A stretch of 64,000 nt of DNA. Origin: Eledone cirrhosa. Its lineage: Eukaryota. The notes under the pieces were generated by a model. That model had not been told where the DNA came from. It made no database searches and saw only the letters and a program-made list of their open reading frames with translations. The position numbers and the translations under genes are program-made. Shown one piece after another: positions 54,333 to 64,000 of the stretch (positions are counted from its first letter, which is position 1; each line of letters begins with the position of its first letter). The DNA is taken from contig OZ024763.1 in NCBI GenBank assembly GCA_964016885.1, positions 8,308,001 through 8,372,000 of the forward strand. Direction: 5' to 3'.

Positions 54333-54695
54333 TAAGTTGTAAATCATTTTAGAAATTATTTGCCCTCAAGGAAAGAAACTTTTTCGATAAAAGATCTTCT
54401 GCGAGGAAATATCTGAAAGTTATTTCTTGAAATGATCATAATGATCGAAAGAATTCGATCGATAATACAAGCGATCGAACTGGGGTTCCTCCGAAAGGTC
54501 TTTGCAGGAACGTTACTGTATAGATTTCATACTTTGGTGATCAGAGAGTCACTCCAGGTAGAACCGCTAGTTCTCTGAATTGAGGCGGCCAGAGCTCAAC
54601 CGTCGGGTCCTGAATTTTTCATATTACCCACTTTACTACATCAAGTATCGAGTACTCTGGTGAGTAATGGTCTAACTGGTTTTTACCGCCTCCAA

Positions 54696-54726
<31 letters not shown>

Positions 54727-54916
54727 ACGAAGGAAATGTGGTAAGGAACCAGGTGGACCATAACGCACCAAAGTACTCAATACTTAGGGTAGTAGAGTGG
54801 GTAATAGGAACGAGTAGGACCCCGACGGCTGAGCTCAAGCCGTTTCGACGGCTAATTCTGGACTCAGAATTAGCCGTCGAAACGGCTTGAGCTCAGCCGT
54901 CGGGGTCCTACTCGTT

Positions 54917-54958
<42 letters not shown>

Positions 54959-55188
54959 GAAGCTTAGTCAAATCGAAGCTTTGGCCGTGGGCAAGCAAAG
55001 TCGACCTACAATATGAATGAGTTAGCAAAGCACTCATTAAGAGTAGGTAGGTCCTTAGAGGAATAACATACGTTTAAATAGCTTGACAAATTGAACATTG
55101 CGGTAGGCAAAACCTAACACACAATACCAAAGCAACGAAAAAACTAACAAGTTATATATATATGTATACACACACGCACACACACGCC

Positions 55189-55255
<67 letters not shown>

Positions 55256-55717
55256 TATATCATATATCATGTATAATTTGCAAAAGCTAAGAGCTGAACA
55301 AAGTGTTACAAGAATTACGAGTCTGGAACATTCACCAAACCTCTGTTGCTGCTGCTGCTGATGCTTTTGCAGCAGATGCCGCTATGTTCACACCTCGTAC
55401 TTCTCTAAGTCTTATCTCTTACATCAATAACAAGCAAAGACATCTAACCAACTTACTAACTTGTTTTCATATCTATGGAGCATCATTGAGGATCGTTGGT
55501 CCTCTCTCTCTCTCTCTCTCCCCATCTCTCTCTCTCTCTCTCTCCCCATCTCTCTCTCTCTCTCTCTCTCTCCCCATCTCTCTCCCCATCTCTCTCTCTC
55601 TCTCTCTGTATTTATAGCATAACATACCTACATATTAATGTATATATGCCTGTATGTTTGTATGTATATATATATACATACCTACACACTCACACACACA
55701 CACATATATATATATAT

Positions 55718-55752
<35 letters not shown>

Positions 55753-55850
55753 CGCACACATAAATATATATATACATATATATATATATATGTATATATA
55801 TAATATATATATATATATATGTATATATATAATATATATATATATATATG

Positions 55851-55898
<48 letters not shown>

Positions 55899-56137
55899 TA
55901 TATATCCCTCCCACGCAAACCGCATGCACATGCATATACATTAATATATACACCTATATATATATATATATGTGTGTGGTGAATGTGTGTTGTTATTTTT
56001 ATGAGCATATCAACATACATATCTCATGTAAAGCGATCATGTTATGAAATATAATATATATTTATAGATGTCTATATAGACACCCATTCATACATTAGTT
56101 GACTACTCACTCTTACACACACACATATACATACTTG

Positions 56138-56168
<31 letters not shown>

Positions 56169-56175
56169 GTATATA

Positions 56176-56221
<46 letters not shown>

Positions 56222-56227
<6 letters not shown>

Positions 56228-56294
56228 GTTCCAAAAAGTGTATAAATACTTCAAAAGCATTCTAATCAAAGTGTATATACATAGTTTTGGGACT

Positions 56295-56356
<62 letters not shown>

Positions 56357-56492
56357 TTGTGTGTATATATATACATATATATATATAGGGTGTTCCAAAA
56401 AGTGTATAAATACTTCAAAAGCATTCTAATCAAAGTGTATATACATAGTTTTGGAACACCCTATATATATATATGTATATATATACACACAA

Positions 56493-56536
<44 letters not shown>

Positions 56537-57059
56537 GATCGAGTATCGAAAAATCGGCGCACGAGTTCACGATAAACGAAATTCGATATGAGCGGCAGAG
56601 GGCTCAATAATTCAGATGAATCAGAGCTATAACTATCGTGAAAAATACCGTCACATATAGAACAAGTCTACAATCAACCATACGATTTAAAATCGATAAA
56701 GGAAGATTCGGGCCAAACAGATAAAAAATATCAATAAAACAATACGTCAATAATTTAAATGAATGTAAAATCATACCCGGACCCACTAGACAGGTGTTAA
56801 ATCTAGCTTCATGGGTTTCTGTAAATCCTTAGACTGTACTCTATCAGCTCACATATAAATATAAAAGCCTACTAGAGCAAGTGGAACGGAGGTTTACGTT
56901 ATCAACGAGTTTTTTCCTGGCGGCAGAGGAGCCAACTACCAGTGAAAAACGCACATGGGACTCCCTATATATATATATATATATATATAGGGAGTCCCAA
57001 AACTATGTATATACACTTTGATTAGAATGCTTTTGAAGTATTTATACACTTTTTGGAAC

Positions 57060-57064
<5 letters not shown>
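56222..57064. mobile_element. Cluster of three about 76-bp Tc1/mariner-like mini-MITEs in (TA)n
   Basis: TA-GGGTGTTCCAAAA...TTTTGGAACACCC-TA at about 56222-56299, 56386-56463 and inverted at 56988-57065. Confidence 0.65.
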
Positions 57065-57121
<57 letters not shown>

Positions 57122-57145
57122 GAGAGAGAGAAATAGATAGATATC

Positions 57146-57189
<44 letters not shown>

Positions 57190-57708
57190 GTTGGAGGCGG
57201 TAAAAATCAGTTAGACCATTACTTACCAGAGTACTCAATACTTAGAGTAGTAGAGTCGGCTATGTGAAAAAATTCAGGGCCCCGACGACTGAGCTCGGGC
57301 CGTTTCAACAGCTAGATCCGAAGCCGGAGCTCAACTGTCGGGGTCCTAAATTGTTTCCCCTGCTATTATTAGCTGTGACCTCTTCAGGCAGTTCGAATTG
57401 GTGTGGAAAAGACAGGTACACATGTTGTTGAAATGTGTTTCACTCAGTCAATACATCGATATGACCAATTCCTGGGTGTGTTGTTAGTCCTCCGAGGAAC
57501 TGGAATCATAAGGGGTCACAGCCAATAATAGCTGTCACCGAAATATATATAGCAGTAAATTGATAATTTATAATAAATGAAGCCAAATTTTACATATTTG
57601 ACTTATTTTATTTTACATTACTCCGGAGTAACCAAACCAACCTGCGTACTTCGTCGAGTGCTCCAATCTGCATACTGAGGTGTCGGTAAACAACCAACAT
57701 ATACTCAA

Positions 57709-57761
<53 letters not shown>

Positions 57762-58220
57762 CATATTTAAATACACAAATATATACACATATACATACAT
57801 ATTTATTTTATTTAGCTTCTAACCCTAGATCCCACCCCTTCTACGCCAATTCATACACATCACTATGTAATGTCACAACCTAATTGTTCTTTGGTTAGTA
57901 TTCCGCCATTCCGCATTTTTATTCTTCCTAATTAGAAAACACGTTAAACAATTAGTGTAATGTGGAAATGTGTTCATGTTTTTCACACACACAGACTCAC
58001 TTACAGATACACACATACACATACACACAAATACACACACATATATATATATATATATATACACATACACGTACACGCGCACAACATATATTTTTGTTAA
58101 TATTATTTTTTTAATTTATGTAAATTCAGTGAAACGTTTATATATATATATGTATATTTATATATGTGTGTACATATATATATATCTAAATATATATATA
58201 TATATATACACATATGTATG

Positions 58221-58309
<89 letters not shown>

Positions 58310-58749
58310 GTATATATATATATATATATATACATATGTATATATATATACATACATATGTATGTATATATATGTATATGTATGTATATATATATATGTA
58401 TACATATGTATATATATATGTATACATATGTATATATATATGTATGTATATATATATGTATATATATGTATGTATACATATGTATGTATATATGTATACA
58501 TATGTATGTATATATGTATACATATGTATGTATATATATGTATGTATACATATGTATGTATATATGTATACATATGTATGTATACATATGTATGTATATA
58601 TATATATATATATTTATGTATATATGTATATATGTGTGTATATATATATTTATACACATATATACATATATATGTGTGCATATGGTTATATATATATATA
58701 TATATATTTGTATATATGTATATATATATGTGTGTATATATATATTTAT

Positions 58750-58795
<46 letters not shown>

Positions 58796-58802
58796 ATATA
58801 GT

Positions 58803-58837
<35 letters not shown>

Positions 58838-59385
58838 ATGTATGTGTATGTATATGTGTGTGTGTATGTGTATATATTTGTATCATATCATATCATAACT
58901 ATGATTATATTTTGTTATTCTTAATTCATTTTAATTACAACACATTATAATATTCATACAGATAATTATTCCCAGCAGTTTGTACAGTTCTCACACATGT
59001 ATCAATCTTACCGCCATCTTGTTAAACGCTCTCTTTTTCATTATACGCCATTTTGTTTAAATCTTTCTCGTTCATTTTTCTCTTGTTTTCTTTCTTGTAA
59101 ACTATTTTGTTGGGATTTTTTATTTGACTCACGTTTAATGAAGTTTTTTTAAAAACTTTTCTTTGAAATATTTTCTATTTTTCTTCCTCCAGCTTGTTTA
59201 AATTTAATGTCCTTCTTGTTTGCGTTGTTGACTTAACTCTTTCTCCTTCACCTTCAGCGACTTTACCTGACTGCTGCCTGAATTCTACATCATTTCAGCT
59301 ACATGATTCTCTCTAATACCGTTCAGTTCACAGTTCAGTAACACGACACACGCAGATTCACACACACGCACACGCATCCAACCAT

Positions 59386-59490
<105 letters not shown>

Positions 59491-59753
59491 AATGGACCTG
59501 TTAATTTTATCTAAAGACATTTTTTCCAATTCCATCCCGCCTGTCCCTTCAATCTATCTTATTTCTCATTCTTTCTTCGGATGAAGGACTAGCGTCCGAA
59601 ACGTTAAGACCCTCTTCCTGCGATTTCAAGCGTTAACCTAATATATTGCTTCTATATACTGTACTGATTGTGTTGTTATTTCTGTTTACCTTTTACACAC
59701 ACATACACACACATATATATATATATATGAGCGATATAACTACTACCACCACC

Positions 59754-59803
<50 letters not shown>

Positions 59804-60262
59804 GTTCACTATACGTGAGTGATCAGATGACTGTAATCCAGCGCAGTTATCTCCCCCTCCTTTTCCACCACCACCGCCATCTTCCTTCTGCCCTTCTTCA
59901 TGCAGGTGTAATGTCTTACATTCTCAAGAACGCTGACATCTGGACAGATTAGAGATTAAGGATTACCTTGTAGTGATTACAGGTTAGGCGGAGTGGTTCT
60001 GGTTGTAGTAGTAGGTGTAGTGGTGGTGGTTGTAGTTGTAGTGGTGGGTGTTGTACTTGCTGGTATGGTAGTTGTAGTTGTGGGTGTGGTAGTTGCTGTG
60101 GTAGTAGTAGTAATAGTAGTGGTTGTTGTGGTGGTCGTAGTAGTTGTAGGGGTGGTGGAGTGGTTTTGGTTGTAGTAGTAATAGTTGTAGTTCTAGGTGT
60201 GATGGTAACGGTGGTAGTTATGAAAGTAGTAGAAGTAGTAATAATAGAAGTGGCGGTGCTTA

Positions 60263-60293
<31 letters not shown>

Positions 60294-60513
60294 GGTGGTG
60301 GTGGTAGTAGTGGTGGTGGTGGTGGTGGTGGTGGTATTAGTTGTAGTGGTTGTAGTGGTAGTAGTAGTTGTGGTGGTCAAAGTAATGTTGCATTATATAC
60401 ACTCTCATCTCCCACTGTAAAGAAGGAAAAAAACGGTCGTTCTAAAATTTTAACTTAAATTAAAAATGAATACTTAAATATATACATATATATATATACA
60501 TATATATATATAC

Positions 60514-60554
<41 letters not shown>

Positions 60555-60682
60555 AGGGAGGGGGGAGCTATGTATATATATAAACCGTCTGAAATAATTT
60601 TGCAGTCCTTAATTAATAACTAAGAATAATTATTATGTGAACATCAAACATCGCTTTGTGGCCGCTCTGTATTTCTAATAAT

Positions 60683-60729
<47 letters not shown>

Positions 60730-60925
60730 CTATATATATATATATGTATATCTATATATATATATATATATATATAAATATATATATATTTATATATATA
60801 TTTTTATATATTTATATATATATATATGTTTATATAAATATATATTTATATATATATATATTTATATATTATATATATATATATTTATATATTATATATA
60901 TTTATATATTATATATATATATATT

Positions 60926-60956
<31 letters not shown>

Positions 60957-61146
60957 TTATATATATATTTATATATATATTTATATATATATTTATTTAT
61001 ATATATATATATTTATATATATATTTATATATATTTATATATATATTTATATATATATATATATTTATATATATATTGTTATACTTTGGGAGGGTCATGT
61101 TGCCAATAAGAAACACACGCACCAGTGCGATATAACTACTACCACC

Positions 61147-61178
<32 letters not shown>

Positions 61179-61362
61179 GTTCACTATACGTGAGTGATCA
61201 GATGACTGTAATCCAGCTATTGGCAACATGACCCTCCCAAAGTATAACAATATCGGTTTCAACACACGATTTCAGATAAAGAATCTTGCTAAACAAATTC
61301 AGAAACTTTATATATATATTTATATATATATATATATTTATATATATATTTATATATATATT

Positions 61363-61393
<31 letters not shown>

Positions 61394-61394
61394 T

Positions 61395-61443
<49 letters not shown>

Positions 61444-61897
61444 ATTTTTATATATATATATTTTTATATATATATATATTTTTATATATATATATTTTTA
61501 TATATATATATATATATTTTTATATATATATATTTTTATATATATATATTTTTATATATATATATATATATTTTTATATATATATATATATTTTTATATA
61601 TATATATATATATTTTTATATATATATATATATATTTTTATATATATATATATATATTTTTATATATATATATATTTCGTTTCTGAATTTGTTTAGCAAG
61701 ATTCTTTATCTGAAATCGTGTGTTGAAACCGATATTGTTATACTTTGGGAGGGTCATGTTGCCAATAAGAAACACACGCACCAGTTGCTTTCACTTCAAT
61801 TTATTATATATTTATAAATTTATAAATTTACAAATCTACAAACTTATAAATTTCTGGTTGGTTGGTTGGTTCCACAACCAGATAGTTATTTATATAT

Positions 61898-61942
61898 AGT
61901 CATAGTCCTTTCGTCACACACTCTGTGACCTCTTCAGTGACT
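61898..61942 (-). ncRNA. Minimal type-I hammerhead ribozyme motif
   Basis: Minus strand: agtca CTGAAGA g gtcaca-gagtg-tgtgac GAAA ggac TA tgact; stem I 5 bp, stem II 6 bp. Confidence 0.75.
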
Positions 61943-62154
61943 GGGGATTCCTTTCTTTGTTTCTGTGCCTTTCCTTTCTTCTGTCCTACGCCATTTTGTT
62001 TCTGTGTGTGTGTTGTGTGCTCAGTTTGCGCATGCGCCACATCCGGGTGTCTGTGTGTGTTTGTGTTCATTTATCTATTTGTTTATTTATTTATTTATTT
62101 ACATGTTGTTGGTTGGTTGTTTGTTCTATGTGTGTGTGTGTTTTCATTTTGTCC

Positions 62155-62382
62155 TTAATTGTAAGTTGTGATGTTGCTGTTCCACTCATATTTTCTATTT
62201 AATTTTGGTTGTAATTCTTTTATGCTTACTGCCTCTGTAATTTGCCTAAACATTGCATCTTTTCTGTGTGTGGATTCTATTTTTATTTCTATGTTCTCTA
62301 ATTTACCCTTGTGCTCTATCTTAGCATGTTGGTAGAGCACAGATGATTCTTTATTATCTTGAAGGTCTCGCCAGTGTTCTCT
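62155..62382 (-). pseudogene. Penelope-like retroelement GIY-YIG endonuclease C-terminal remnant
   Basis: REHWRDLQDNKESSVLYQHAKIEH...DAMFRQITEAVSIKELQPKLN fits the R-EH / H / R---EA--I----P-LN pattern; a same-strand hammerhead follows about 210 nt downstream. Confidence 0.8.
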
Positions 62383-62644
62383 TCATCTTCTTCTTTTCAT
62401 CTTCGTTTTTCTTTCTATATAACTGTCATAACAGTTTCACTACCAAATCAACTTTTTAAATGGAAGTTGCATTATTATAAGGTATGTCAAAATTATTTAT
62501 AAAACAGCTTATGTATTGTATTTTGTCTGAGGAAGGCATACCATATTTTTAATATGATATCCCAGAAATATATATAACGAAATAAATATGGTTTTATAAA
62601 TATAGTTTCCATTTGTTTAATATCGTATATATATATATATATAA

Positions 62645-62695
<51 letters not shown>

Positions 62696-62696
62696 A

Positions 62697-62836
<140 letters not shown>

Positions 62837-63195
62837 TTAATTAGTTAGATAGATATATAGATAGAATGTAAAAAATAAAAAAGATTTAAACATTTTACTA
62901 TTTTGGTCTTAAAGGCAGTTGTCAAATAGGAAGCTGAAGCCGTTTCATGTGATAATAAAAGAAAGAAAGCAGTGTATCCCTTTGTATCGTCCACTTTGGG
63001 AGATACGAAGGCGTTCCTTTGATGGGTTTATATTATTTACGTCCATTTCTTTATTGATAAATTCAAACTTCTATTACACGTGTTTCACCACCAGGAAGAC
63101 AAAGAAGTCTTTTCCAACTCTTGGGAACAAATATGTCTTCATTGTATTGTGTTGTGTTGTTCTTTTGTAGGTTTTTTCTTCATGTCTTTATCTAT

Positions 63196-63273
<78 letters not shown>

Positions 63274-64000
63274 CAAACATACATACAGACACACGCACAC
63301 ACATACACACATATATACATACACACACATACACATACAAAACTCCACCGCCGCCAATACCCCCACACACCACACCTACACATACACACACATCACCTCC
63401 ACCTTTACTCACAAGCCTCCACCACCATTTACACCCACACACAAACAAACACACCTCCACCGCCACTCTCACACACAAGTTCCACTACCATTCACACATA
63501 CACAAACAAACACACATCCCCGCCACCCTCATACACACAAGCCTCCACCACCACCGCCGCCGCCACCCTCATACACACAATCCTCCCTACACCCTCACAC
63601 ACACATACTCACTACCACCGCCACCCTCACACACACAACCGTCCCCACCGCCGCCCTACATACACACACATAGACAGCTTCACCCGCTCGCACTCCCAAC
63701 GCCCTCTCAAGCCCCCACCCCCCCTTCACCACCCCACGCCACCCCCAAAGGTATATGTAGTGGAGTTGCCCTTGTTTATTTCTATGATAAACACTGCAGC
63801 CCAGTCTTATTGTTGTACGGGAGAAAATGAACTCCGTTTGAAAAGAGGTAATCAGTGTCTTTTGAAAAGAGTAGTTTTTGTTATAACAAAACACACACAC
63901 ACATATATATATGTATATATATATGTATGTGTATATATATATGTGTATATATATATGTGTATATATATATATGTGTATATACATATATGTGTGTATATAT

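Noticed and set aside
56530-56960. Possible coding exon between mini-MITEs
   Set aside because: Stops in all frames examined; only a weak LEQVERRFT similarity to CR1-type RT, too little to call.

Overview
Repeat-dense, AT-rich animal genomic DNA; the SINE, MITE and microsatellite content suggests an octopus-like cephalopod (inference). One complete protein-coding gene can be rebuilt by hand on the + strand: a ClC-6-type endosomal/lysosomal Cl-/H+ exchanger with 24 coding exons (802-22591, 817 aa, all splice phases consistent), including a GT-AG U12-type intron (5249-5858). The rest is repeats: two tRNA-derived SINE families, RTE and Tx1-like LINE fragments, piggyBac-, hAT- and Tc1-type MITEs, several minisatellites and very large microsatellites, plus a 200-N gap. 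The least expected signal is a set of minimal type-I hammerhead ribozyme motifs in at least three families. One lies downstream of a Penelope GIY-YIG remnant, and several sit in inverted elements embedded in (TA)n. A recurrent fold-back element may be hinged on such hammerhead hairpins. Almost all ORFs in the supplied track are microsatellite artefacts.
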